NCBI GenBank assembly: GCA_043819515.1
Contig: JBDRES010000069.1
Span: 35,722-99,721, forward strand
Length of the DNA: 64,000 nucleotides
Direction of reading: 5' to 3'
DNA from: a bacterium
Lineage (GTDB): Bacteria; Zixibacteria; MSB-5A5; GN15; FEB-12
Shown here: piece after piece, positions 51,574-61,006 of the stretch
Layout of the letters: each line of letters starts with the position of its first letter
Numbering within the stretch: the first letter of the stretch is position 1
The notes under the pieces: model-generated
The model's input: the letters and a program-made list of their open reading frames with translations, nothing else
What the model was told of the DNA's origin: nothing
The model's database searches: none
Translations under genes and position numbers: made by a program

Positions 51574-52908
51574 TTATCTCAACGGTCCCCAATCCGGGCT
51601 GGATGTTCCCTGTGAGCGTGTCAAGCGGCGCTGGTTGCGTCCGGTGATGTCCATTGTGAAGAGTTCGGGGTGAGGAGTGATACGATCGGTCGAAGTGAAT
51701 ATGATATGCTTACCGTCGGGAGAGAAGTGAGGATTCTCGTTATGTCCTACTTCGGTCAGCACTCGAAAGTCGGTTCCGGAAGTATCAATCGAAGCCAGGT
51801 CAAAACGACCCAGCTTAGTGCGCGTTACGAAGGTAATGCGGTCGCCGCGGTCGGACCAGATGGGGGAGTCATTGTAGCTGCCTTTGTAGGTAAGACGCAC
51901 CGTGTTCAGGCCGTCGGCATCCATGATGTACACTTGCGGTGCTCCGCTGCGGTCGGAAGCGAACGCAATCCGACGGCTGTCGGGCGACCAGGTCGGTGAA
52001 GTGTCGATCGACCGATGGTAGGTCAGGCGCTTGATAATCTTACCGTCGGTGCGGAGGGCGTAGATTTCGGAATTGCCGTCTTTGGAAAGGACACAGGCAA
52101 TCTGCCGGCCGTCGGGACTGACGGCCGGGGCGGCGACGATGCTGCCCTCAAATGAGGCGACCTTGGTGAGGTGGTTGTTTTCCAGGTTGATTACAAACAG
52201 TGACGGATCGCCGTCCTTGTAGCTGACGAAAAACACTTCATTACCCAGAGGGGAGAAGGATGGGGAGAGATTTATGCTGCCGTTGTTGGTTAGCTGCCGC
52301 TCGTTGGCGCCGTCATAATCGGATAAAAACAGTTCCTTGCCTTTTGCGTTTTGCTTGGCATAGACGATTTGCGTCAGGAAAATCCCAGGATCACCGGTCA
52401 GATTGTAAACGACATCGTTAGCGATGTCATGACCTAACTCGCGCCATTGTTCCTTGGGGCGGGCAAGCGTACCCCGGGCGAATTGTTGACGGCCGGCAAC
52501 GTCCCACAACCGCCAGCGAACGCGCATATTCTCAGCCGGGAATTCCGCCTCGAGCCGAAGCAGATAAGTCGCTCCCAATCGTTGCCATCCGAGGACATCC
52601 AGTTCCGAGATTTCGTAGGTTTTAAGATAGAAACTGTCAACAAAGACCAATTCAAAGTCGGCATAAAAATCGATATCATTGCGCACCACGGCGGTCGCGT
52701 AGGCCATCAGAGTCGAGTCGCTCTGGGTGATATAATCGGTGCCGATGTAGCTCATATCGCCTACGCCGATGGGGGTGGCGGCGACATCGCCGGTAACCAG
52801 CGTGTCGAAGTACACATTTCTGATATTGTCGAATTGGGCCTCGGCCGTTGTTGTCACGATCAACAACAGCGCCAGTGAAAGTACCAACAGAAGACACTTT
52901 GATTTCAT
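51574..52908 (-). CDS. tolB: Tol-Pal system beta-propeller protein TolB
   Basis: Signal peptide, a TolB N-terminal domain, then repeated SPxxSPDG propeller blades (SPSFSPLGNEVFF, SPDGRQIAC, SPTWSPDSRRIAFASDRSG, HFSPDGKHIIF). Confidence 0.8.
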   Translation of the reverse strand: MKSKCLLLVLSLALLLIVTTTAEAQFDNIRNVYFDTLVTGDVAATPIGVGDMSYIGTDYITQSDSTLMAYATAVVRNDIDFYADFELVFVDSFYLKTYEISELDVLGWQRLGATYLLRLEAEFPAENMRVRWRLWDVAGRQQFARGTLARPKEQWRELGHDIANDVVYNLTGDPGIFLTQIVYAKQNAKGKELFLSDYDGANERQLTNNGSINLSPSFSPLGNEVFFVSYKDGDPSLFVINLENNHLTKVASFEGSIVAAPAVSPDGRQIACVLSKDGNSEIYALRTDGKIIKRLTYHRSIDTSPTWSPDSRRIAFASDRSGAPQVYIMDADGLNTVRLTYKGSYNDSPIWSDRGDRITFVTRTKLGRFDLASIDTSGTDFRVLTEVGHNENPHFSPDGKHIIFTSTDRITPHPELFTMDITGRNQRRLTRSQGTSSPDWGPLR

Positions 52909-52912
52909 GTTC

Positions 52913-53641
52913 TCACCTGGGTTCGTACTTGAAGGGCAGAGTGATGCCGATGATTTCGTCCGTGAACTGACGGGGCAGCGGCGGGAAGGGGCTGGAACCG
53001 TTCACCGCTCGCAAGCAGGCGTCGTCGAACTGACCGATTCCGGAAGATTGTTCAATGCGAGCCTCAATTATGCGTCCGGACTTCATTACCTGGAAGTAGA
53101 CGACGCATATGATCGAGCCGTCGGTGGCGACCGGGTTGCGCCAGTTGCGCAGGATCTTGTTAAAGGCTTGAGTGAACCAATAGGGGTAGTTGAACGAGCG
53201 GCTGTCGACCGTGGCGCCGGCCAGCGCTGAACCCTGGCCGGTGACCGGCGAGTGGATTTGCTGCTGGCCGGTATCCCCCTCGGCAGGTCGGCGATTGTCG
53301 CCGGTGGGTTTGTCAGGCGGCGCCTGGTCGGGTTCCTTGACAGACTCCACGACCGGTTCAGGTTTGATCTCCGCCTCTTGCTTCGTAGTCGGGTCGCTTA
53401 TGGGGATTTCTTCGGGGGGCTCTTCGGCCGGTGGCGGGATGCTGGGTTGCACCATTTCCTCAGGCTCGGTCTCTTCGACCGCGGGCATTTCCTGTCCGGC
53501 TACCTGCGACCAATCGAGAACATCAACCCTGATGACCTCGCCCAGCAACGGCATTTCCCGGCCGCCCAGCGATGGCGCCACGACCATCAGGACGACGGCC
53601 AGGACATGCAGGCCGACCGACAATGCTATATCCCGTCTCAT
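52913..53641 (-). CDS. tolA: TonB/TolA-family energy transducer (TolA by context)
   Basis: N-terminal TM anchor, a Pro/Glu-rich spacer (PPPAEEPPEEIP...) and a C-terminal TonB_C-like domain (ICVVYFQVMKSGRIIEARIEQSSG...ACLRAV). Confidence 0.6.
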   Translation of the reverse strand: MRRDIALSVGLHVLAVVLMVVAPSLGGREMPLLGEVIRVDVLDWSQVAGQEMPAVEETEPEEMVQPSIPPPAEEPPEEIPISDPTTKQEAEIKPEPVVESVKEPDQAPPDKPTGDNRRPAEGDTGQQQIHSPVTGQGSALAGATVDSRSFNYPYWFTQAFNKILRNWRNPVATDGSIICVVYFQVMKSGRIIEARIEQSSGIGQFDDACLRAVNGSSPFPPLPRQFTDEIIGITLPFKYEPR

Positions 53642-53647
53642 AATAAG

Positions 53648-54082
53648 TTATCGCTTGCGGCGCCCGAGAATGCCTTTTTCCTCGTGACCGGTGACCAGGC
53701 CGATGGCATCGACCCCCGATTCCTTGAGCTTGCCGACGACCTTGATGGCATAGCCGTAGGAGAGGGCTGAGTCGCCGCGAACGTAGACGTTTCGCGTGTT
53801 TTCGCGATCCATCGCCTCCTGGACTTCATCGCCGACATTCTCCAGTCGACACCAGACATCGTTGATGTAGATCCCGCCGGTTGAGTCGATGGTAATTATG
53901 ACCCCCTCGACTTCGCTCTCAAGAGCCGCAACTTTTGTTTTGGGCAGGTTGATCTCGATCCCGGATTGCAGCAGGGGGGCGGAGATCATGAATATTATCA
54001 ACAGCACCAGTACCACATCGACCAGGTTGGCAATGTTGATATCCGATATGGCGTTGTAGCTGCGTTGACGTCGTCGGCGCAC
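53648..54082 (-). CDS. tolR: Biopolymer transport protein TolR/ExbD
   Basis: GTG start with AGGAAGGAG RBS. One TM helix (LVDVVLVLLIIFMI) and a periplasmic ExbD fold (VIITIDSTGGIYINDV...NVYVRGDSALSYGYAIKV). The track ORF to 54292 is a spurious extension overlapping tolQ. Confidence 0.75.
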   Translation of the reverse strand: MRRRRQRSYNAISDINIANLVDVVLVLLIIFMISAPLLQSGIEINLPKTKVAALESEVEGVIITIDSTGGIYINDVWCRLENVGDEVQEAMDRENTRNVYVRGDSALSYGYAIKVVGKLKESGVDAIGLVTGHEEKGILGRRKR

Positions 54083-54798
54083 TAGCGGGACTCCTTCCTG
54101 GCCCGGGCGAGAAAGCCCAGGATGAAGCCGCCGGCGGCGTCGTTGGCAATTTTGATCTGGCTGTTGGCCCAGTTGTAGGCGATTACGGCCGGAATGGCCG
54201 CCGCCAGACCAATAATAGTGGCCAGCAATGCCTCGGCAATACCGGGTGCCACCACCGCCAACGAAGCCGAGCCCATCTCGCCGATTTCCCAAAACGAACC
54301 CATGATGCCGACCACCGTGCCCAGCAGGCCCAAAAACGGCGCGGAATTGCCGGTCGTCGCCAAAACGACTACCAGATGTTCCAAACGACCTATTTCCTCG
54401 GTGACCGTTCTCTCCATGGTCATTTCAATTATCTCAAAATCCTCCGCTTCCAGCGGGTGGCGGCTTGACTGCAAGGCACCACCTTCGTTGCGCAGTTGGT
54501 CCAGGCTGGTCAACTCTTCATACCCGGCCAAAAATGTTTTAGCCAGAGGCGAAGCGCTTTGCGACTTGGCCTGACCGATCGCATCGGCCAGCCGACCGGA
54601 TCTTTTGAACGAACTTAGGAAGGCGTGGCCGGCTCTGCTGGAATGGCGGAACTGGCGCCACTTGTGGAAGATTACGACCCAGGAGATCAGCGACATGCCG
54701 ATCAGGACAATCAGGATGAACTTGCCGAAAACTGACGTATTCTGGATTATTTGCCAGACCGCGCCTGAAAAAATGGAAGGGAGAATCAGTGTGCTCAT
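54082..54798 (-). CDS. tolQ: MotA/TolQ/ExbB proton-channel protein TolQ
   Basis: 3 TM helices and the conserved C-terminal LGLLGTVVGIMGSFWEI...APGIAEALLATIIGL motifs. Start at MSTLILPS (the alternative start is 54849). Confidence 0.8.
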   Translation of the reverse strand: MSTLILPSIFSGAVWQIIQNTSVFGKFILIVLIGMSLISWVVIFHKWRQFRHSSRAGHAFLSSFKRSGRLADAIGQAKSQSASPLAKTFLAGYEELTSLDQLRNEGGALQSSRHPLEAEDFEIIEMTMERTVTEEIGRLEHLVVVLATTGNSAPFLGLLGTVVGIMGSFWEIGEMGSASLAVVAPGIAEALLATIIGLAAAIPAVIAYNWANSQIKIANDAAGGFILGFLARARKESR

Positions 54799-55008
54799 AT
54801 CAATCTTACGCCTTACTCCTGCAAAAGTTTGCCGGCAATCAGAGAGCAACCGCGCTCTTTGGTCGCCGGGCAGATAACATCACACTTACTTATATGCGCG
54901 CCGGGTTCCAGGACAACAAAAAACGCATTTCAAACTTGACCGGAGGCCTGTTTCGCGTGCTACTTCGAAATGAATGCAGGTCTGTTGTCTTTGGAAGGAG
55001 GAGAAATC

Positions 55009-55212
55009 ATGAAGGTGTTGTTGATGTTTGGGTTGATTTTGGTCTTTGGGCTTAGTTTGGCCGTGATCGGCTGTGGCCAGAAGGAGGCCACTCCTGACAA
55101 GCCGCCACTCGAGGTCCAGGAGGCTGAGAGCATGGATTCGACCGCTATGGACTCGGCCGCCATGGAGGATGTGCCGGTCGATTCGATGGTGCAGCCGCAC
55201 GACAGTATGTAA
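55009..55212 (+). CDS. Small acidic Met-rich lipoprotein
   Basis: GGAAGGAGGAG RBS, then MKVLLMFGLILVFGLSLAVIGCGQ (lipobox IGC), followed by Met/Asp/Ser-rich repeats MDSTAMDSAAMEDVPVDSMVQPHDSM. Confidence 0.45.
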   Translation: MKVLLMFGLILVFGLSLAVIGCGQKEATPDKPPLEVQEAESMDSTAMDSAAMEDVPVDSMVQPHDSM

Positions 55213-55284
55213 CGGCCGCATCCGACAAACGAATACGGCCCTCGCCTAATAGCAAGGGCCGTAGCTACTTATACTATTCTCGCA

Positions 55285-56412
55285 CTAATCTTCGATCATC
55301 TCAACATTGGCTCGGGGAACAATCACGCGTTCGCCGCTCTCCAGTTTTACTTCCAGTACTCGTGCTTTGGATTCCGATTCCAGCACCTGCAGCGGAGCCG
55401 GCAGGTCGACAACATCACCGAGCTGGCCGAAATAGGGGTGGCGGATGACGCGGATCGGTGATCCGGCCGTCAGACCCTTGATCTCAGCCGCCTTGGCATC
55501 GTCGACAGCCGTGGTTGTATCCTTGGCGGGGATAACCACTTCCGGCCTGATGACGCCGGCGCGGATTTGGGTGGCCCCGTTGATGCAGGCCTTTTCGCCT
55601 TCATGGGCTTTGAGCAGGTTGAAGGTTTTGCCGGCCATGTTGATCTGACCAAAACCTTCTGTCACCACCAGGGTGATGCCTTTGTCCTCAGCGCCGGTAA
55701 TGGCCACACCGATATCATACCCCAAAAAGTCGCGCAGGTCCTTGTCATCAAAGCCACCAACGACGATACCTTTGGCACCAACTTGTATCGCCTTTTTCAG
55801 GGCCTCGGCCGTTACCAACGAACCGCCGACAATCACCTGACCTTTCATTTGGTCGGTGATCAGCTTCTCGTCGAGTACGGTCGCATTGTCGGGCGTGGCC
55901 ATCATGATGTTGCCCGAGGTCTCACCGCCGATACCAAAAATCCCTTGCATAAACGAACCATAGCAGGACACCACCACGCCTTCTTCCGGGATTACTTCCG
56001 TGACCTGGCCGCTGAGGTACGCCTTGACCTCAACCGGAATGGGTTCGCCGCGCTGCAGCACTTGACCGGTCACTTTGGAAATCGACTCGATGGTTCCGCC
56101 GATGGTCGCCTCGCAGGAGGAGGAAAACCACTTGATGAACGACTTTTTGAGGGCGATGACTTCTCCTTGTTCCATGGAATCGCCGACCTTTTTGGTCATC
56201 ACCAAGTCAATATCTTCCGGCGGAATGCTGAGCTTATTGGCGACATTGAGGGGGACAACATTACCGGGCAGGTGCGTCCGCGCGATGACGTCTTCGGGGG
56301 TGACCCGGTCGCCGACCTTCACCACCACTTCGCCCTTGAGGGGCAGGATTCGTCTTTTCTCAACCAGATGTCTTTCCGTGACCTTCAGTCCCGGAGTATA
56401 GGCATGAGCCAT
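55285..56412 (-). CDS. Hypothetical protein, putative partner of MutL/GlmL-family ASKHA protein
   Basis: 375 aa with a Gly-rich core (GIFGIGGETSGNIMMA, GAKGIVVGGFDD, AITGAEDKGITLVVTEGFG). Family not recognised. Confidence 0.45.
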   Translation of the reverse strand: MAHAYTPGLKVTERHLVEKRRILPLKGEVVVKVGDRVTPEDVIARTHLPGNVVPLNVANKLSIPPEDIDLVMTKKVGDSMEQGEVIALKKSFIKWFSSSCEATIGGTIESISKVTGQVLQRGEPIPVEVKAYLSGQVTEVIPEEGVVVSCYGSFMQGIFGIGGETSGNIMMATPDNATVLDEKLITDQMKGQVIVGGSLVTAEALKKAIQVGAKGIVVGGFDDKDLRDFLGYDIGVAITGAEDKGITLVVTEGFGQINMAGKTFNLLKAHEGEKACINGATQIRAGVIRPEVVIPAKDTTTAVDDAKAAEIKGLTAGSPIRVIRHPYFGQLGDVVDLPAPLQVLESESKARVLEVKLESGERVIVPRANVEMIED

Positions 56413-56431
56413 CTGATTTCCTTTCTATATA

Positions 56432-57313
56432 TCAGCTTCGTTTTTTCCGTTTACGTCGGGCTACGGTTATGATGACGACAAGGACTCCGATCAAGACGAC
56501 AACCGGTATACTTCCGCTGGTTTCGGATTTGCCGCTTCCCGGTTCGTATTCTGACCGTTCCGGCAGAGCAGCGTCGGTGACTTTCACTTCCTCCCGCGGA
56601 GCCGCCGCCTCGATATTCTCGGTGGACAATGATGCCACGACTTGTTGCATGGTCTGAAGGCCGTCTTCGAACAGCGAGTCCGGGGCATAGTAAAAGAAGG
56701 TCGCAATCCCCTTTTCGTAAAATCGCAACATGACTAGACTGCGTTTGACGGTCCCGCCGGCGATTCCAATCTCATTCATGACCGAGGCGACCTTCAGCTC
56801 GGGATCGTACGAGGGGGAGTTGGCCCGAAGATTGGCCAGAAGCTTGGCCACCGGAAAGTAATTCAGCTCAGAGTTGAAGGTGCTGAAAAGATCCTCCATA
56901 ACCGAGTCAATCTCAGGCTCGTTGAGTTCGCCGACCGTATCGACCGTCAGGACGAAATACTCCCCATCATAGAAAGCCTCGTGGAGGGTGTCGGCAAAGA
57001 CGGCGTCGTAGTCCAGGATGGCATCGCCGGCTTGATTGATCATTAGATAGGCGTCGGCCTTGGCGTAGTCGATCTGCCTCCAGGCCTCCGGGTAGCTGAT
57101 ATAGAAACCACCCTTCCACGACACGTGATTTCGCGCCGAAGCGGTTGTCGCCAGAGCCGCAATCATAGTTAAGTACAACAATGCGGCTCCGAGTAGCCAT
57201 CCAGAGCGCTTTGTCTTCATAATAATCCTCGCCAATTTCTCATCCACCAACGACAGGTTCCGGGCGACTTCTACAGCCGATCGGTCGGGTAAATATCCAA
57301 TTCCCTCATCCAT
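56432..57313 (-). CDS. Hypothetical membrane-anchored protein (signal peptide + C-terminal TM helix with polybasic tail)
   Basis: Internal Met at 57220 gives MKTKRSGWLLGAALLYLTMIAALA, a signal-like N-terminus. C-terminus ...EPGSGKSETSGSIPVVVLIGVLVVIITVARRKRKKRS. Confidence 0.4.
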   Translation of the reverse strand: MDEGIGYLPDRSAVEVARNLSLVDEKLARIIMKTKRSGWLLGAALLYLTMIAALATTASARNHVSWKGGFYISYPEAWRQIDYAKADAYLMINQAGDAILDYDAVFADTLHEAFYDGEYFVLTVDTVGELNEPEIDSVMEDLFSTFNSELNYFPVAKLLANLRANSPSYDPELKVASVMNEIGIAGGTVKRSLVMLRFYEKGIATFFYYAPDSLFEDGLQTMQQVVASLSTENIEAAAPREEVKVTDAALPERSEYEPGSGKSETSGSIPVVVLIGVLVVIITVARRKRKKRS

Positions 57314-59118
57314 TTGCGCAAATGCGAAACGCGGTCGTCCTCGGAGAGCGTCGAAAGATCAAAGGGTCGTCCGCGACCGTCCAGGATGACGCCCACCACA
57401 CCGCCGTGGAGGGTCGTTTCGAAGCGGTGACCGGGACCACCTCCGACATCAAAATGACGCTCCGGTTCCAGAACCGCTTTGGCGGTTTGAGGCAGACCGT
57501 TTTCGCCCAGACCCAACTCAAACTTCTTCATCTCAAGATGATCGAGGGTCCCGGAGACGGTACCGGTAGGCAACTCAATTGTGTATTTCATAACCGGCCC
57601 CGGCTTCTTGGCCTGGCCCACCGGAGCGACGCAGGTGCCGAGGTGGATCAAGCAGTCCTTGATAAATACTTCGGTGGCGGCCTTTTCGTGGACCTCGGTA
57701 AGAACACCGAGCTGGGGCATCATAAAGATCGAGTCGACCGCCAGCCGGGTGACACCTTCGGGCAGGAAGGCATCAATCATCATCAGGGCCGACTGTTGGC
57801 GGCGCGGCGCATGAGACAGCACGCCTCCCGAGCCGATCAGCATATCGAGGGACATCATGTTGACGATCGTGGCGCCCGAGGAAGATTGATCAAAGGCGTC
57901 GGCAATGGTCCGCTGCTGCTGTACTCCCTTGAGTACCGTAGCGAAGCTCTTATGCTGAATGAAGGCCAGGCGCAACGCCTCCTTGGCGATAGCCTGTTCG
58001 AATATCAGCTCTTCCATAGACTGCGGAATGGTCGTTGGGCGGATCATCTTGTTTTTGACCCGGTTGCGCAGATCACGCTCATCCATTTTGAAGGGTACCC
58101 AGCGCATGACCATCGGCAGGGTGGCCTCGGCAAAGACATTCGAAATAGAGTATGACATGCCCAGGTTGGCCGACACGGTCCGATTGAAGACCGGTTCTTT
58201 CTCGGGCATGAAAACCGAGAAGACGTCAGTTGTGGCGCCGCCGATATCAACTCCGACCGCTTCGATCCCGTACTGCTTGGCGATGGTCTGAATGATAAGC
58301 CCGACGGCCCCGGGCGTGGGCATGATCGGTGCGTCGGCCCAGGACATCAGTTTCTTGTAGCCGGGGGCCTGGGCCATGACGTGCTCCATGAACAACTCAT
58401 GAATCTCCTCACGAGCCGGAGCCAGGTTTTCGCGTTCCAGAACCGGGCGCAGGTTGTCGACGATCTTCAGGTCGCATTTTTCTTGGAGAGTCTCTGCCAC
58501 GGCATCCCGAGCGGCGTAGTTACCGGCATAAATGATCGGCAGCTTGTAGCTTGATCCGAGGCGAGGGCGAGGGTCGGCGGCGGAAATCAGTTCAGCGATT
58601 TCAACCACGTGAGTAGTGGTGCCGCCGTCGATGCCGCCCGAAAGCAGGATCATGTCCGGGCGCAAGTGCCTGATACGCTCGATCTGCTGATGAGGCAGGC
58701 GTTTGTCGTTGGAGGCGATCACGTCCATGACGATCGCCCCGGCGCCGAGAGCGGCCCGTTCAGCCGATTCGGCTGTCATCGACCGCACCACCCCGGCCAC
58801 CATCATTTGCAAACCACCGCCGGCCGACGAAGTGGAAATATAAACGTCGGTGCCGTCTTTTCCATTGGACGGAGAGATGAACTTCCCGTTATCATCCAGG
58901 AGCTTGCGCCCGGAAAGCTCTTCGACTTCGGCCACTGCGTTCAGGACGCCCATGGTTACATCCTCGAAGGGAGCCTCCACGGTTGTGGGAGCTTCACCGC
59001 GAGTCGTCAGGCGGTACTCACCGTTTATATACTCGATCAGGATAGCTTTGGTGGTGGTAGAACCACAGTCAGTAGCGACGATTACCTTGATGTCATCCGG
59101 GTTTTCGAATTTGGCCAT
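57271..59118 (-). CDS. MutL/GlmL-family ASKHA-fold protein (glutamate-mutase-L-like putative reactivase/chaperone)
   Basis: Two actin-fold phosphate motifs, VIVATDCGSTTTKAILI and VGVDIGGATTDVFSV. Intervening LLSGGIDGGTT, LAPAREE and MPTPGAVG blocks match my recollection of the GlmL (PF13941) family. About 150 aa of C-terminal extension beyond GlmL. Confidence 0.55.
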   Translation of the reverse strand: MAKFENPDDIKVIVATDCGSTTTKAILIEYINGEYRLTTRGEAPTTVEAPFEDVTMGVLNAVAEVEELSGRKLLDDNGKFISPSNGKDGTDVYISTSSAGGGLQMMVAGVVRSMTAESAERAALGAGAIVMDVIASNDKRLPHQQIERIRHLRPDMILLSGGIDGGTTTHVVEIAELISAADPRPRLGSSYKLPIIYAGNYAARDAVAETLQEKCDLKIVDNLRPVLERENLAPAREEIHELFMEHVMAQAPGYKKLMSWADAPIMPTPGAVGLIIQTIAKQYGIEAVGVDIGGATTDVFSVFMPEKEPVFNRTVSANLGMSYSISNVFAEATLPMVMRWVPFKMDERDLRNRVKNKMIRPTTIPQSMEELIFEQAIAKEALRLAFIQHKSFATVLKGVQQQRTIADAFDQSSSGATIVNMMSLDMLIGSGGVLSHAPRRQQSALMMIDAFLPEGVTRLAVDSIFMMPQLGVLTEVHEKAATEVFIKDCLIHLGTCVAPVGQAKKPGPVMKYTIELPTGTVSGTLDHLEMKKFELGLGENGLPQTAKAVLEPERHFDVGGGPGHRFETTLHGGVVGVILDGRGRPFDLSTLSEDDRVSHLRKWMRELDIYPTDRL

Positions 59119-59503
59119 TACCTTTTCCTGCTATATTGCACCGTCACGTTTTTTCGTATCAGTATGGGTGGCACCATGATAGACATCGCCAGGCGCGCCC
59201 AAACGGCGCCCCCCAAGCCCAAGATTATAACACATGCCGGTAGGGATGTAAAGAGCCATCGGGACCGCTGCCGCCATTTTTTGGAGCTGCCGGTTGGGTC
59301 CCGTTGGGTGGTTCGGTGGCGGCTCGGTCGCCCGGACCGGAATGACGTGCTCCAGACTTCGGACGACCGGTGCGGGGCGGCAGTACAGCTTTTGAGATTC
59401 TCGGGGCGACATCAGCTTTCTCGTTCGTCTCGCCTGGTGTTGTTTGCGTCGAATGCTAACGACAAGCGGCACAAACAAATACGGAGAGCGTTGCCTTTTT
59501 TCA

Positions 59504-59533
59504 CTTGACTTGAACAGGAGCACGTCTATAGAT
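59504..59533 (+). promoter_or_regulatory. Putative sigma70-like promoter in long leader of membrane cassette
   Basis: TTGACT, a 17-nt spacer, then TATAGA. Sits about 210 nt upstream of the proposed A1 start. Confidence 0.3.
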
Positions 59534-59745
59534 TGGCAAAGTTGGCTTGCACGCAGTAGAGGGTATCCTCGTCTGCTGTATGCCTATATGCCGGTCTGAT
59601 TTGTTCCAATCGGTTGTTGGTTGGGCCTATAGTGGTGTGCCGGCAGCGATGCCGTTCGAACGTAAGATACTTACACATTGTAATATACAGGATCGACGAT
59701 TTGAGTCTTCACTGTCAAACTTACGGTAGTCCAGGAAGGCTGCTG

Positions 59746-60999
59746 TTGGTCGCTGTCCTGACACTCGTTTCACTACTCTGGGGAGGTCCAACCGGCGTCC
59801 GGGCGCAGGATGAGACGGTAGTGGATGAGACTGTCTTGGCGGATTCGGCCATCGACACTCTGGCTACCCAGCAGACCCCGGCCCCGGCCACGGGACTTGC
59901 CGTCAAGGATAAGCCGGGCGATGTCGGCGGAGCTGTCAGACTTACCTGGAACGCTTCGGTCGATGATGGCGTCGGCGGCAAAGTACGCCTCTATCGCATA
60001 TTGCGAGCCGACGATGTCGGTGGACAGGCGGGCGAGTTTCGGGAGGTAGGAAATGTCCCGGCTGGAGCAGCCGTTTATACAAACGATGACGGCAATACGG
60101 ACGACGACAAGTCATACTTCTATCGCGTGCAGTCCGTAAACGTCTTTTATGATGAGAACGCCGATGTGCATGAGTACACGGCCGACTCGGAGATTGTCGG
60201 CCCGGTGTCGTCGTCGGCTCAATGGTTCAATTCGGAGCGCTTGAAAACGCTGATCGGGACTATTGTCCTGTCGTTTTTCATAATCTTCTTCATCAATCAG
60301 GCCAAAGCCGGTAAGAAGCTGTTCATTCGCAAAATGGCCGGCATGGAAGCGGTTGACGAAGCGGTCGGTCGCGCCACCGAGATGGGCAAGAAGATTTTCT
60401 ATATCACCGGGCTTGGTGACATGGACAATATGCAGACGATTGCCTCAATAACGATCCTGGGGCGCGTCGCTCAGCTGGCCGCCGAATACGAGACCTATTT
60501 GGATGTGCCCTGTTGCCGCTCGATGGTTATGGTAACGGCCCGTGAGGTCGTCAAGGAAGCGCACTCCAAGGCCGGTCGCCCTGATGCATATAACGATGAC
60601 ATGATTCACTATCTTACCGATGACCAGTTTGGATATGCCGCCGCCGTCGATGGCGCTTTCGTGAGAGAGAAGCCGGCCACGATCTTCTTTATGGGTCAGT
60701 TTTTTGCAGAATCGCTGATTCTGGCGGAAACCGGCAACTCCATTGGCGCCATTCAGATCGCGGGCACGGCCATGCCGTCGCAGTTGCCGTTTTTTGTGGC
60801 GGCATGCGATTACACTCTGATCGGTGAGGAGTTGTTTGCAGCCTCCGCCTACCTGTCCCGGGAGCCGAAACTGCTCGGATCTCTCAAGGGTCAGGATTAC
60901 GGCAAAGCGATCCTCTTAGTTGCCATTGTAGTCGGCCTGGTTCTGGAGACTCTCGGAGTATGGCAGTTGTCCAACCTGTTTCAAGTGATAGGGGAGTAG
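59746..60999 (+). CDS. FN3-like single-pass membrane protein with conserved juxtamembrane AGxEAVDxAxGRATEMG motif (cassette gene A1)
   Basis: TTG 59746 after AGGAAGG gives the signal peptide MVAVLTLVSLLWGGPTGVRAQ (the track start 59614 lacks a signal). Then a beta-sandwich region (VRLTWNAS...YFYRVQSVN), a TM helix, KLFIRKMAGMEAVDEAVGRATEMGKK and a C-terminal domain of about 230 aa ending in a second hydrophobic helix. Confidence 0.5.
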   Translation: MVAVLTLVSLLWGGPTGVRAQDETVVDETVLADSAIDTLATQQTPAPATGLAVKDKPGDVGGAVRLTWNASVDDGVGGKVRLYRILRADDVGGQAGEFREVGNVPAGAAVYTNDDGNTDDDKSYFYRVQSVNVFYDENADVHEYTADSEIVGPVSSSAQWFNSERLKTLIGTIVLSFFIIFFINQAKAGKKLFIRKMAGMEAVDEAVGRATEMGKKIFYITGLGDMDNMQTIASITILGRVAQLAAEYETYLDVPCCRSMVMVTAREVVKEAHSKAGRPDAYNDDMIHYLTDDQFGYAAAVDGAFVREKPATIFFMGQFFAESLILAETGNSIGAIQIAGTAMPSQLPFFVAACDYTLIGEELFAASAYLSREPKLLGSLKGQDYGKAILLVAIVVGLVLETLGVWQLSNLFQVIGE

Positions 61000-61006
61000 C
61001 TCGATT

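Noticed and set aside
53648-54292. 214-aa version of tolR extending into tolQ
   Set aside because: The conserved TolR/ExbD sequence starts at the GTG (54082) preceded by AGGAAGGAG. The extension overlaps the tolQ C-terminus.
58609-59523. ORFs 58609-59508 (+) and 59131-59523 (-) in the long leader
   Set aside because: The first is antisense to the MutL-like gene for most of its length. The second has no motif and an Arg/Pro-rich composition. The region is better treated as non-coding.
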